Source: Lytechinus pictus (taxonomy: Eukaryota). Taken from it: 64,000 nucleotides of DNA. Shown here piece by piece: positions 40,693-55,476 of the stretch (position 1 is its first letter; every line of letters begins with the position of its first letter). The DNA lies in assembly GCF_037042905.1 (NCBI RefSeq), contig NC_087251.1:21144001-21208000 (forward strand), written 5' to 3'. Under the pieces are notes generated by a model, which ran no database searches, was not told where the DNA came from, and saw only the letters and a program-made list of their open reading frames with translations. The position numbers and the translations under genes are program-made.

Positions 40693-43125
40693 GTATGGCA
40701 ATTTGATTATATTTTCTTTTCTGGAAATGTCTATTTTCTCCTCTGAATTTTCACAAAACTTTTCAGTATGTATGTTTCATGTTTTTCTTCCCAGTTTTGA
40801 AAAGTAGAATCCTGAATTAATATTTTTTTTCAATGTGTCTGAACACCAACTAATGAAATGTGTAGGGAGTCTACGGACAAACCATACTCCGTATGAGAGC
40901 GTGATAATGAACAACCATTGAGAAGATATTTCAACTTGAAAGAAATTGCACTTCTAATGTGGTGATTGGTCTGTGTTCTTTTTTTTATTTATGTCTTCTT
41001 CTTCTTCTTCTTCTTCTCCCTGGACTACAAATAAATAAGATTTAAATTTCACATACTTCTCCATCACGTTTAACACTTTACCTAAATGCAGAGTGGATTG
41101 GCTAAATGCCTACAGATATTGATAATAAACATTGAATGAAAAAAAGATTTCAACTATAATTAAAGTGCACATCCATATTTCATGAATTCCTTCACATATA
41201 AGAAAAAGAGAGTAACTGAGAAACCACAGTAAAAAAAAAGTTGAGCACTCAATATTTAATACAGGAAATTGACTATTTTTCAAATACTAAAAACCAAACT
41301 CTAATTTAAAGCATTCGATCATCTCCATAACCAAAGGGAAAATCTGAGAATAATGGATGACATTCTATTCATTTCTATTCTCACAGAGATGCATCAACGA
41401 ATGGAACAACCTGCCCTAAAATGTATTAGAAAGCCCATCTGTAAACAGCTTCAAATCCAATTTGTTGAAATATTGGAACTCCAGAAAAGAGTTAAATGTG
41501 TCTGGAATTCTTCACGAGAAGTAATCGAGAGGCAAATAGGTTATTAACTTTAAATGCCTACAAAAAAGGTATTGTTCTTTCTCTTGGCCAATAAATTTGC
41601 TTTAGTTATCTTAGTTTTATGAATTTCACTCTTAACACAAATTGTTTCTCCAAACATATCAGATTTTTTTCAAGGGATACTGATGAAAACAATGTCTAGA
41701 GCATCCTGTTGTTTTAAACAGTGCAGTTCCATCAGACAAATGAAAGCAACATTTATGACAAGTGAATCCTCCAAGGGATACACTTGAAGGTTGATTCTTC
41801 CATCACAGGAAGATGCCCTGGAAAAAGCTTCACTATATTGATCTTTAGGTCATTTATCATTTATACCAAGCTGTGAAACAAAATCCAAATGGCATATTGG
41901 ATAGATTTTTAGATGATAGGATTATCACAGTTTTGTTTCATTTCAAGTTGCATCATTGTATGACTTTTATCCAGTTAATCTGAGATATGAAAAATATAAG
42001 ATAGAACTATACTAAGTATTTATTTTCTCCTTACAAAATGAACTTTTTTGTTTTGTTATTTTTTGTAAGAAAAAATGTCCACAAACATTGAATTCTTTGT
42101 TGGATTTTTATTCAACATCATATCAAGCCCTTCATAACGCAAATCAATAAGCTCTTTTAACCACCTACTTCATCTGTAAATATTTTCACACACATTTTCC
42201 GGTATTCAGGCATAGGTGTACACAAACCTGGTGGGGGGGGGGGGGTCCCACTTCCACTGATCTGTGGATATCATGGGGTTTCAAAAAGTACTCTTATCAA
42301 GTATTTTTCAATGATCTGAAAATGCACCCATGAACAAGTATAGGATTAGGGTATGAAACTCTGCCTTAACAAGTCTACTATAGCTAAAGAACCAAATCCT
42401 ACCAGTATTGGGTATGAAGCGTAACCCTTAACAAATATAAGCTACAGAACCCCATCCTTATGCAAGACATAACCCTAAGAAATTTTCCCATAGGATTTTA
42501 CCATTTTAGCAAGTAGAATCAATTTAGAATGCATTTATATATAAAATGCAGAGAATTTGATTTGAAAGATCAACAAAATAGAATAAAATAGAATGAATAA
42601 ATAAAAACAGGTAGGTCTATTGAATATTCAGAGCAGGTGTTAGAGCAAGGCTAACATCACGGGTAGATTCGCGCATGGCAAAGCCATGGGTTGGATTGAA
42701 TTGGCTTGATCGATATTCAATAGGTAGTAATGGGTCTTGGGGTCAAACTTTACAGGTAGTTGATGATGACAATTGACAGATTATGACCATTGGCTTGCTC
42801 CTGAGTTGAAGGAATCAATGAATTTGATGTGCCAATAACCCTTGCTTCTAAATCTGGCAGCACGGAAAATTGGTGCTCAAAATACTTCTATCAATATAAA
42901 CAGAGCCAGAAAATTGCATACCGATCAGAAGCAATCATTCAGTCTATCGTTTATCTACAGATAGGCATTCATTTCATGATTCTGATATATTAGAGTAAAT
43001 ATAACATTCTGTCAATTTACTTACTGAATTCATTGTAGAGCAATTATCTACTGTTTGTTCAGCAAAAGAGCTTCAGAGATATCATGAATGATTGTTTTCT
43101 ATTTCATCAATGACTGAAGTCACTC

Positions 43126-43260
43126 CTGGGCTCCGTAACACAAAGCATAACGATTGATCGTACACTTGATTTTTACGATTGATTGTACATTGTAGTCAAT
43201 GCAATCAAACGTGAAAATTTGTTCTACGATCATTGCTAAGCTTTGTGTTATGGGCTCCTG
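43126..43260. mobile_element. Harbinger-like MITE family A, inverted copy, CTG TSD
   Basis: CTG|ggctccgtaacacaaagc...gctttgtgttatgggctc|CTG. Confidence 0.75.
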
Positions 43261-43343
43261 GATTCAGTTTTGCCTCAAGTCTTCTTCAGATGTTCAGCAT
43301 GAAAGCTATAATCACCTGGAGGTCAAACCAGCCAGTCTGATTA

Positions 43344-43728
43344 GGGCTGTCTGCACCAGCCCGAGTTTTCAAATTAGGGCGCTTTTTATTATCCTGTAAA
43401 TTATCCTGATCTGAACAATCTCGAGATAATTTGTAATGTAGACGCAATTATCGCGCTAGTTCGCTGGATTAATCCTGAGATTGCAATCCCAAGTCAACTT
43501 GGGATTATTTGCAAAATAGCGCGCTATTTTACCAATTATCCCGCTAATTTGCAGATGCAAACACACTCAGGATTATTTATCCACGGTGTCAGACCATAAC
43601 GCAACGATGCCTCGCTCTTCTTGCGATGGTGGAGACGGGTTTTCTTGAAATCTCAAGATTAATCACAAAGAGGGCTGATCGTGCTAAAATCTCGAGATTG
43701 AGCAAACTAGGGCTGGTGCAGCACCGCC
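43344..43728. mobile_element. Harbinger-like MITE family D
   Basis: tta|gggctgtctgcaccagccc ... gggctggtgcag; a homolog is at 46258. Confidence 0.7.
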
Positions 43729-44672
43729 TACTGTGTTTGAAAGATAATAGAATATACAGTGGAATTTCCTTCAAATCGATTTTATCTCAAAGCTACACAC
43801 ATTTTTTATTATTATTATGAAAAATATCATATTATTGTTTCTATAAAAAATACATAAAGAATAGTGTCAAGGTAGTCATTTACATGTATGTCATGATATT
43901 TCAGAACAAATGTTAAGGGCCAGCCAGGGGTGTGTTTCACTAAATTGTTAAAATCAAAGTTGTGCCATTTTTCAATCAAAATACAGGTCTGGCTTGTGAT
44001 GATTTTTTTTTTATAAAGAAACCGGGACCCAGACTGTAGGATGAACTTGAGAAAACAATATGAAGAATGATAAATGTTCTAACAAATTATCATGATTGAA
44101 GAAAATCATTTATAAGTAACTAGACTAGTGAAAAAATAATTTTCTTGGGGTAATAAGTCAATATGTGAACTGAAATTGAACTCTAAAAGCAGGTGGCAAT
44201 AAAACTGAAGTATCCAATAGACGGAATGATGGTTGTTTCTAAGTTAACCACATGAGTTCAATCCCCATCCCAACCAGAGAAAATAATACAAGTTCTCATT
44301 GATCATGAGTGTAATATGTGTCTCTCTATGTATTTGTATACCATTCTCTCCATCTTTTTTTATTTTTAAATTATCTATTTTTCAAGTTTTTTTAATTCTT
44401 CAATATCAATTCTTTTCTTCAGATTTTAAGTCATATTTTTTATCCGATTTATCTATTTGTTTTATTTATTTATCCATTTAATTATGTATTAATTTCTGAT
44501 TATAATCATTTTTTTTTTGGGGGGGGGGTGATATTCTTAATGGTTAAAGAAAATCCACACATAACATGATATTTTATTGATGTCAATGTTAATGGCAGAA
44601 ACATTTTTGCTCTTTACATCTACATGTACAAGAAATGGAACATTTGTCACTTGCTTCCCTACCATACATGAC

Positions 44673-44889
44673 CTGGGGGGTGTTTCACAAAGATTTAAGT
44701 ATGACTTAGGTCGCACATAAATGCCGATGCGTACATGATATGCAATGCGCAATCTTATTGATAGATATGCAGTAGTGCGCGTCCTCATGACATGATATGA
44801 CCAATGCAGTCAAGCATTTCATACCGTACGCAACTAGGCATTTAAGTGCGACTCTAAGTCATACTTAAATCTTTGTGAAACACCCCCTG
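44673..44889. mobile_element. Harbinger-like MITE family C, CTG TSD
   Basis: TIR gggggtgtttcacaaagatttaagtatgacttag / ctaagtcatacttaaatctttgtgaaacaccccc; a homolog is at 61953. Confidence 0.82.
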
Positions 44890-44896
44890 TTCACAC

Positions 44897-45086
44897 CAGG
44901 AGCTTTTTCATAAAGTTGTTTGTAAGTCAAGAGTGACTTTAAGAACAACTGGTGATCCTTTCTTGGGGTAAATGATATTCACCATTAAATGTTCATTAGT
45001 GCTTATTTAGCGCGTAAGAAAAGTTCACCAGTCGTTCTTTATTAAGTCGCTCTTAACTTACAAACAGCTTTATGAAACACCCCCAG
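44897..45086. mobile_element. Harbinger-like MITE family B, second copy
   Basis: Homologous to 40506-40692, with CAG on both flanks. Confidence 0.75.
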
Positions 45087-46118
45087 GGCTCCAGAACACA
45101 AAATGACATTGACCAATCAAGATTACTTTTGCACTCATATTTTGTTCAAAATATGTTTCTTCATAAGACAGATTCAATGTTTATAATGCTTAGGTATTTG
45201 AAGACAAGAAACAAAACAGGGAATACAGCTAGACATTGAACATCAGCTATTGATTTCTAACTATATAATCTTTAGAATGAAAATGATGCATTTAAGCAAA
45301 AGATATATTGCTCTACATTTCGAAGTTAAATGGCCTTAAAAATAGACAAGTACGAGTTTTGATAAAGTAATTACTCTGAAGCATGATTACATTGAAGCTA
45401 TCAAAATATATATAGTGCATGCAACCTTTATCATTAATTTAATGAACAAAAAAATAATAATCATATTAAAAAAAATCATATCAATATCCTAAAAAGGTTC
45501 ATTGAGATATGAAGGTATTACTAAAATTTGCAAGCAGCCATGCATGCACCCTGTTAAACCACGGACCTACTACCCTTGGTTAAACTAAGTTTGAAGGATA
45601 TGAAATTCAAATTGTATGGACTTGCTCGAGGGAGAAGTCCTTATATGAAACCAGAGTGCAAATTGTCTGATCTGTTTTTGCTATCATATTCCAAACTGTT
45701 GACTTGCTCTACATATATGTACTGAGAAAAAGAAGGGAAGGAAAGCTGTCTTGTTATAAGAGAAAGTTCTGAGTCTACACTATCCTCAGGCAAGTACGAT
45801 AAATTTACAATTAGCCTGAATGCACAGATATTTTACGAAAAATCAAATTAAAATTCCTAGTTTTGAAAGAATATAAATCAAATACACACAAGAAAGAAAA
45901 ATGTATAAAAGAATACTTAATTTTCCAAAGTTGGTTTACATTCACTGGCAAAATGAGACATTTTCATTAAGATATTTTCGATTCGTTAAAACTAAAGATA
46001 GACAAGAAAAAAATCCTTCTAGAATTTGCTTAAGAAAGTAATATAGACTCAAGAAAAAAAAAATTCTACAAATAAGTGATAACATCTATGTACCTCTATA
46101 TACTAAAAAGGTACAATA

Positions 46119-46750
46119 CACAGCAAAAACTTTGGTGCTAACCGGTGTACATAGATGACCACACCAGTTATTTTACACCAGTGTTAAATTGGTGGTGTTC
46201 GTTTTATACCTAGAGGTGGTATGACAACACCTTTGGTAGTTACATTTACACTCTTTAGGGCCGTCTGCACCATCCCGAGTTTTCAAATTAGCGCGCTATT
46301 TCTGATCCGACAAATTATCCTGATCTGAACAATCTCTAGATTATTTGCAATGGAGATGCAATTATCGCGCTAGTTCGTAGCATTAATCTCGAGATTACAA
46401 TCCCAAGTCAACTTGGGATTATTTGCAAAATAGCACGCTATTTTACAAATTATCGCGCTAATTCGTAGGTGCAGACGCACTTGGGATTATTCATTCACGG
46501 CGTCAGACCATAATGCATCGATGCCTCGCTCGAGCAGGAATCGCTCTTCTTGCGATGGTGGAGACGGGGTTTCTAGAATCTCGAGATTAATCGCGAAGAG
46601 GGCCAATCGGGCTAAAATCGGCCTATTGGTGTTATGTTCAATCTATAGGGTGTAATTTTAACACCTCAGGGTGTGGTCCTCTATTAACACCAAATGGTGT
46701 CAGTTTTAACACCAAATGGTGTCAGTTTTAACACCACAGTTTTTACAGTA
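46119..46750. mobile_element. CACTA/EnSpm-like MITE interrupted by a family D insertion
   Basis: Matches the intact copy at 56496-56735 apart from the insert at 46258-46623 and a 22-bp duplication near its 3' end. Confidence 0.8.
46258..46623. mobile_element. Harbinger-like MITE family D nested in the CACTA-like MITE
   Basis: gggccgtctgcacc.tcccgagttttcaaattag... is colinear with 43344-43728; its right end is shortened. Confidence 0.75.
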
Positions 46751-49579
46751 TACAACACGCTTAAAGTCAGGCATAATAAGTGTGCACAAGTAAGCTGAAG
46801 ATGTCACACTCAGATCACTTGTCCTTTTGTATATTAATGTAAGTTATGATACTTCAGATATTTCTTTTTAATGCTCCAAAAATGTAAAGCATGCCTTTTC
46901 CTCTTAAAGGTATGTACAAATCATTATATTTGATACTTTGTGATTGAATTGGAAGCTCTTATTATAATTCTTCACATAATGAACTTTTCGGCAAAAATAC
47001 AACTTTATGTAGAATAACAAATATATCTTTTCCCATGCTTTTCAAAGAAATAGTGTAGACAGTTGTAACTTAATACTTTTATCCCGCAGCAATAATCACA
47101 AAATTTCAGACCTTCCATTTGCGACAAAGCTCGATCAAATTACCAGCTTCTCTTATCTTATTACATTCCATGAAGTAAAAAAAATTAGCACTGCATTGTT
47201 CAACCAAAGAAATCCCATAGCATTTTCCCTATATTAGGTTTCCAAAATTTGATATTGCAATTTAGATGAATACAGATATTTTGATGTGTGAGAATAAAAT
47301 GCCACCATGTGCTGTCAATAATATTGTTATATTGGATGGCTAAGAATGAGACACCAAATATATTTGGCAGTGGGCAATGGCTGGGTGAGGGGACATAGAC
47401 TCTCAATTAAATAATGAAAAACTGCTAAAAATGTCAGTTTGCCAGAAAGTTTTAAAAAAAAATCAAATGTACGGCATTTACGGTCATGTATGAGTGCGGA
47501 GTATTCGCTGCCTAATACCCCTTTCAATAACTCATTAATTTTTGGTCTGTACCAGGCCCGGCTTAAAGAGTCCGAACCACACAATAAAAATTGTGTTCAG
47601 TAACTATAGCAGAGCCGTGCTACTTTCACGATCCCTCATTCAAAAATGTTGGCACATAAAGGGATAACTGTCATAATAACTGAACATACCATACAGAGCG
47701 GAAGTGCTCGGTATTCCTTTAAAATTTAAACAAAAGCTGTAAGAATAATCGTATTACAGAAATCATTATCTAAAAGAGAAAAAATTTACTTTTAACAAGT
47801 CTGCAAAATATATATATAAAAAAACAATGCACATATTTCTATCCAGTGGTATCGGTACACACGCTCCGACGGATGTAGAGCCTGAACTGTGTGACCTTTG
47901 ACCATGCAATGAATTTTGGCCAGGGCCTGGTGCTGATAAAAGCAGCACCAAAATAGCCTAACCCTAACCCTAGGCCTGGTGCGGGCCATTTTAGCCACCA
48001 CCAATGATATACTCAAAATTTTACGATTTAGCCCAGGCCTGGTATGGACCAGCGAGTTACTGATAGGGGTATAAAACTACCATTAAAGTTAGACCGATGG
48101 CCAATCCTGAAACACCTCTTTGAACTGACTTTATTTCTGTCCAGCATAAATGCTTCCAAATCATTTGGGCCAGCCATAAAAGATCTTCATGGAGAAAAAG
48201 GCAGGAGTCTTCTGCAGGGCCCTGTCTAACAAAGAGTTGCAGGTGATCAAATTAATCACAACTATAGAAAGCTAGTGATGACAACATCTAAAGTCCATTC
48301 AAGTTACTTTTCTGAATTTGACATACATGAATTTACTTGCAAATGTCTTGACATACCTGTTTGCTCCTCAAAAGGAACACCGTCTATATTTCCTTTACAA
48401 TATATTATGACACTGATTTATTTACAAAAAATTGGACTGATTGGATCAATCCTAACTCTTGGTAAAACAAGGTCCTGGATGACAACACTAATTGACCAGC
48501 CTTTGATGATCAAGATACCATTCTCAAGTTTCATCTTCACACCTAGGAGTCCAGCAGATTAGGGCATACTTGGATAAGGCCAAAGCAACACATGATCTGA
48601 AAATCTATGGTCAACAAGGATCAGTCATATTGCCACCATTTTGATCTTCTCTTGCTTTAGAGCTTAGCCACAATGGGAGCATGGACCTATGATGGGAGCT
48701 ATCTCTCTACAGTTATGTGGAATTTGCATTGATATGGCCCTTGTGGTCAAAGAGATGTTTAACAGATAAACACCTGTAAAAATAGTCATTAAAGTATAAG
48801 TATCTAAATTCAAATCTTCTTCAGACTTCATTTTTTCTATAAAAATGATGCATGCCTCGAATCTAAAGTTCAAACAAAGCACCCTGGCAAGGAAACTTGA
48901 GAGTCCTGGGACTCTGAACTGAACTACAGACCTCAGGAATATCTTACAGATCACTAGAACAAAATGTACCACAACATAATCAGTTTGCTATTTTTCCTCA
49001 TATGTCATCAAACAATATTTGCAACGTCTACCGATTAAAAAATTCATCATATTTCTAGCTTTCCACCCAGACCCAAAGCACTTTGTAATATTATCAAATA
49101 CTAGTAGAAGAGTATTAAACATGCTGTGGATTAGAGGAGAAATACCTGAACTACCAACCACAAGGTTCTTGGATTCCCTGCAACACCAGCGCCCTTCTTT
49201 TCTTCCTATCCACCATAGTGTTACATTAAATGGGTAGGTATAAAATAAATATAATGTAAATCACAAGACTGGCTGTGATATTCCCCAGAGAGTGGAGAGT
49301 AGACATATTATTTGGGTGAATCCAGTTATCAGGGTTATACCATCCAGAAGTACTTTGCATTAAATGCATCAAGGTCCTGCTTTTGGTGGCCTGTGGTTGT
49401 GATGGATTCTCTTTAAATATTCCCAGCTTTCAACCCAGGAGGAATTACATGTATAAACCATTTACATTACATGTCAATGAATTCTGCTATGTATTCATTA
49501 ATAACTTTTAGAAATGGAGCACTGTGAGCATAATGCCATAGTATAATATTACATAGATTCTTAAAGAAATCTTGTTTAA

Positions 49580-50187
49580 AGGACAAGTCCACCCCAACAA
49601 AAAGTTGTTTTCAATAGATAGAGAAAAATCCAACAAGCATAACACTGAAACTTTCATCAAAATCAGATGTAAAAATAAGAAAGTTATGACATTTCTTTTA
49701 GTTTCGCTTGATTTCACAAAACAGTTATATGCACATTCTGGTCGGTATGCAAATGAGGAGACTAATGACATCACGCACTCAATATTTCTTTTGCATTAAA
49801 ATGAAATATGAAATATTCTGATTTGCTCCTCATTGTCCTGTGAAACAAAGTTTTATCCTCACTGAACATGTGGAATGACCACTGTTTTTAACATTTTATG
49901 GTTCAATCAAGTTGGTCCTTATTGTCAAATCTGTAAAAATGAAATATTGTATAATTCAAACAATAGAAAACAAAAGAAATAGAAAGTGAGGGACATCATT
50001 GACTCTCTCATTTGCATACGGGTACCACTGAGTTGTGCATATAACTGTTTTGTGAAAAATATGCAAAACTTAAGAATGTCATAACTTTCTTATTTTACAT
50101 CCGATTTTGATGAAATTTTCAGTGTTATGCTTGTTTGATTTTTCTCTATTGATTTAAATCAACATTTTTCTGGGATGGACTTGACCT
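49580..50187. mobile_element. Kolobok-like MITE
   Basis: TTAA|aggacaagtccacccca ... tgggatggacttgacct|TTAA, with long imperfect inverted arms (tttcatcaaaatc.gatgtaaaa / ttttacatccgattttgatgaaa). Confidence 0.8.
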
Positions 50188-53100
50188 TTAAAAGAGTTCC
50201 ATTCCAATGTTGCGCCACAAACACATCTGCACATTACTACTACATTTGAACATCTGCAATGCATTATTCATTTAATCCCTTCCAATCTCTGTAGAAATAA
50301 ACTCATGAATGTTCGGCCTGTTTTCGTAAAGCTACTGATTTATGGCATGCATCCTGCCCTAAATTGACAATATGGATTGAAGTGGTCTTGGGGATTCCCG
50401 TAAATCAATTTGTCATTACCCAAGCATCCTCCGAAACCAGGTAGAAAACTGCATCCTTCTCATCACCACTCACTCTATCTATCCCGCTGGTAATGGAAAG
50501 TGGCAATACGGGTGTTTCGTTCATTATCTTTGACGCGAAGGAATCAAAGCTCCCCCCCTCCCAACCAAGCTTTTTCCTTCACCAACCTGAAATAAAGGAG
50601 GCCGCTCAAATTAAAGAAAACAAGGACATCCATAAACTGGTTTGCTTCGATGTTTTCAAGCTAATGTGAACATATTATGCTTACTTGATGTTAATCAATC
50701 TGTTCTACACATGTAATTTCCATCCAGTGACAACAGTACTATGGGAAAAAACTTAATAATTTTGTGAAAATAGTAAATGGATGAAAAGATTATTGATTTT
50801 CAGAGTAGTGCTGATCTTCTCTGTCTGCCTTGGTTATGACTGCATTCTTATACATTTCTCTTTAGGAAGAAGTGATTCATTACTGATTCTACATTATGCT
50901 TTAAAATTATGGATTTTGCTTAAGGCGATTGCATGCAAATGTACCAAATTCAGGATTTCGCTAGGGTGCATTAAAGCTTTCAAAAGGCTTATAAAAGATT
51001 GCCAGAGAAATTGCAAATAAATTTTGTCATCACCAAAAAATGCTTTTTCTTGTCGCAACAAAATGTTAACAATTTCAAAATTTCTGTTTTGAATCTATTC
51101 TATGTTTCTACAAACAGTTGTAAGCTTTTTTTGCAGTTTTTTTTTTCATTTTACATGTAAGCTGAACAACCTCTTGCCACGAGTGAATTACTGTATTCAA
51201 CCTTAATAACTTATTATTTTCATTGAAATAAAAGAAGAATTGAATTTCAATGGATATTGTTGTGTGTATGTCAATAGATTGCAAGAAATTTCATTCAAAT
51301 ATGGACTATTTCTTTTTTACTAATTAGGTTTTACTGTTGAATTTTACAATGGCCTTTTTCTTTTCCAAACTCTAGAGCTAATTAATTTCTAACAGCTTTT
51401 GCATGTTTAATGGAATGCAATGCTGACCAAGCTAAGGCAAAGAGCTTTATAATTATAATTCACTTCGTATTTATTTAGAAAATGCAATCAAATATGACTG
51501 ATACGTCTTGCTTGTAGAAAAAAAAAAACGCCACCAAACTGTGTGGGTTTTGACCTTAGGGTTGTTAAATCAGACGAAAATAATAATCGGATGACACTGA
51601 AGCTGATTATCAGCACGTTTTCAAAGATGAAGGTCCCGTTGCCTTACATGCCAATCTGGGTAATCAAGCTTTAATAAACTGGGACATATTCCGAGACAAG
51701 CTTATAGATTAATTGGTTATGCCCTCCTGATCTCCTGCATATTTACCCATCCTGCTCATACTTTCTCCTATCGTCAATAAATCATGGTCAATATCATCTA
51801 TAGATGTTCATGGACGAACATAAAATATTCATTTTGGCTTAATCTAAACACAATTAGTAGGATCAATGGTAAAAGGTATTGGCCCTGGCATTGAGCAAGG
51901 TCATCGAGTCTACACTAATGAGGTAGGACAAATTGCGTGTGATGAGAGGAATAATGATATAGCAACAATGACAATCCTGTGAAAACTTTTGACAATGATC
52001 CAATGATGATGTTGTCCTCTGCTCAACAAAAATTATCATCAATGACATTGAACATCCTTTAGGCCTGATAATCATACTTTTTTTTAAACGAAAGGGTTTT
52101 CAAGTTTGAATGCATTTTCAGATAAATCAAACAGTACACCATATAAAAATACATTGTGTGAATGATGCAAAATTCTGGTATGAAACCATTTCTAAGGCGT
52201 TGAATGGGACAATAATTAGAAGATATAATATTTAACTATATCTTTTTTATACTAAATTGATAGGATTTTGGTGTTTGACTTCAGAAAATTATTATCATTC
52301 TTGAGAGAGGATGCAAAATCAGTTTACCAGTCAAAATCATATTTTTCACAAAGGATCAATTGAAGAAAATAGATGTTACAGTCACTACGCTTCTGTATGA
52401 TTAGAATTCAACAAAATATAATTCACATTTTGCCAGTTTTAGACCGGCCATAAAGTGAGCAAAATGTAAAGATCAAATAATGAATTTTTACATAAGACCA
52501 TTCAACACAGATCAAAGCTTTCACCCCCAAGAGAAAAAAAAAACTGAAGTGCACTAATTAGTCCCTTGGACTATCACTACAATACTTGTATTAAACTCTA
52601 CAAAATAAAGAGATTATGCTCTGAGTGAGTAACTATGAAAGGATGTAATAACTATTTGAGTTATTTCCTAATTAACACGCTGACCTTAGATCCTCTCCAT
52701 TAGAGTACACTTAATGAATTAAACCAATCATGCTAGGACACCGTAATAACAAAATGAAAAAGTAGCAACAATATATTTTGTAGTATTGCCACTCTAAGAA
52801 CAAATACTGGTATTCAAAGTCATGTTTGGTCATTAAAAATGTCTTTCTTTACTCAAAAGTAACAAAAAGAAATAAATTCAATAGACTAATTCTGAAAAGA
52901 ACTACCTCATCATTTGAGAAAAAAAGGAATAAAAGTTGTTCTGAAAAGTCTGAGACCATATACATGTACATGAAGATTTTTTTTCTATTATAAAAAAGTA
53001 AAATTACAGAAGGAAATGTCTTTCAGTATTTTCAACAAGCATGTCTTTAATCTCATGTTTGATCCCAGAAGAAAATAGATTTTTATTTACAAGTTCCTTA

Positions 53101-54791
53101 GACCCGAGCATACAAAGAACCTACTTCGCACCTGTCTCATACAAAATTAATCAGGTAGGGCAAGGGCACGCGTGATAAATATTGGATCATCTTTGGTCTA
53201 AAGAGCACCATTATAAAGCAATTTAATGAATAAGGTATAATCAGGGGAGGAAGCTGCGAGTCTTGGCCTTGATTGCAATGAACATCTGGACCTCACCTTA
53301 ATGCTCAGGTGAGGGCCGTTACAATCAGGCACAGGAGGGTCTCACAAAGTGCAGTAATTATTACGCACCTTCTCAGGCAGAAGGGTGTAAATGGAGCAGG
53401 GACATTAGAGGGAATTACGTATTTTGGTACTGAAATTCTGACCTCTACTCCACATAATCTGTACCACTAGTTTTGATCAGGTATTGGTGTATTGGGAAAC
53501 TTTGTCATTCCCCGATTTTGATCCACCTTTGAGGCATTCAACAAACTGGAGAGAAAAATGGAACTTTGTTTTCTATCCTTTTGGAAGCCAAAGATTGATT
53601 TCTTTTTGATCGACAGCCAATATAGGTATGATGAGCCTCTAAAGCCCTGGAGAGAATCACGGAAAATGAGTTCTACTGGAACAAGTTGATAATGACCTAC
53701 AGATTTTTCCATTCTGAAACAATGTCCCAATGAGTACAATGACTCGGGGATAAACTGGAAGAAGAAGTTATCTTTTGAACAAGCTGACGGCAAGTTACCA
53801 AACAGTTCCCACATTTCCCCTCCTTTAATGACATAGTTACTCACTCAGCCTAAATAACACTTGTACAAGCCCTGGAGAAAGTGCTCATTGAAGTATCTTT
53901 ATTTAAAACTAAACAATACTTCAGATTTAATGTAAGACACTTTAGCAGATAATTTGCAATTCAAGCTTGACAATCAAGGTGCTATTTGAAGATGGTAATG
54001 GAATATCAATTTCTCCAGAGTCCCAAGAAAAACTTTAAAATCCAGTTCAAAAGCATTGCAAACTGAATGTAAATGTTCATGTTTTCATTTGGTAGAACTT
54101 CTTTATGCAATACAACACACGAATGGACCCGACACACTTTCACTCATTTCTGATGACAATGAAAAGAAAGTGAGGGGTAGGAAAACAAAGATAGGAACAT
54201 GATGGAAAACGAACAATCAATGTGGTAGTCATAGATCTTTGAGAATAATATAATATCACGCTTTCATACAGCGCTAGTTAAAGATCCCTCTGAAGCGCTT
54301 TACCATTATTCTACCTCATCCAAAACAATGTGTAAAAAATTATCCACTCTATAAAGTATTCCAGCAATAAATTGCTTAAATTACCAAGCCCTACATCAAC
54401 ACCTGGTGGAGGAAGTTAAAGCTTATAGACTGATTGACGTCTTGCCAAAGGATGCTTTACGGCTGTGGTGGTATTCCCTTTATAATCCCAAAAAGATTTT
54501 TGATACACGAGTCAAACAAAAACAAGGTTCTCTTAATCTTATGATACCCCCTTTTATCCAGTTGATTCTTTGATAAAACCACAAATATCATGAAATGCAA
54601 CTCTTATCAAAAATATTTTGTTCAATTGCATTTCCATCTAGATAATTTATCATTGACAATTCCATACAATATCCCATTTATATCATCCTAAATTTAGAGT
54701 AATTTCCTCTAAAGGTTCACACAAATATGACAAAATCTCTGCATCTGGTGCAATCTCTTTCTCATGCAGAACATGGAGCATTCAAACGAAA

Positions 54792-55476
54792 AACTAGAAC
54801 TATCACTGAAGGTGATTAATACCCCACCCTATGCTGTTTCCATGGCAACAGTTTCCAACACATGGAAAAAATATGTCTTACCCATCTTTACCGCAAGACC
54901 TACATGTACATGCATGTGTGAGCAAAATATCATGAGAATTGGTTTAATACTGATAAAGAAGTTCGAACGATTTCCGACACATGCAAAAATATGTCCTGTA
55001 TTTACCTCGAGACCAATGTGTGAGCTAACTTAATGAGAATTGGTTGAAAACTAATTAAGTAGTTCAAACCGATTTTTACCTAATTTGGGGCCTATAAATA
55101 TGTTGTTACCATGGCAACACAACTTCCAACACACACAAAATACGTGTCTCGCACATCTTTACCTTGAATCCAATGTGTGAGCCACGTTTCATGAGAATTG
55201 GTTAAAAAGTGAGGAAGTAGTGTAAACTGCAATATTTGTACCCTATATTTGCCAAATTATACCATTACCATGCCAACACAATTTCTGACACATGTATGCG
55301 AAAAGTGTGCCTTGCACATCCTCACCCCAACACCAATATGTGTTCCAAGTTTCATGAGAATCGGTTAACAACTGAGGAAGTAGTTCAATGCGCAAGATTT
55401 GCAACGGACCAACCGACCGCCCGTATGCTGATTCCTATATACCCCCTTCAAACTGGTTTGGTGGGAGTATAAAAAA
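54792..55476 (+). mobile_element. HINE-like element of a different family
   Basis: Starts aactaga, with subterminal IR ataccccacc / ggtgggagtat. Degenerate tandem units (ccatggcaaca...catgagaattggtt), a (GACC)-type microsatellite and an A-run end. Confidence 0.65.

Noticed and set aside
47957..47972. cctaaccctaacccta as a telomerase RNA template or interstitial telomere
   Set aside because: Only ~2.5 units, embedded among repeated ggcctggt motifs that look like a transposon fragment. No pseudoknot or H/ACA context is evident.
53467..53844. 125-aa minus-strand ORF as a nested gene
   Set aside because: No recognisable domain or coherent exon partners; compatible with chance.
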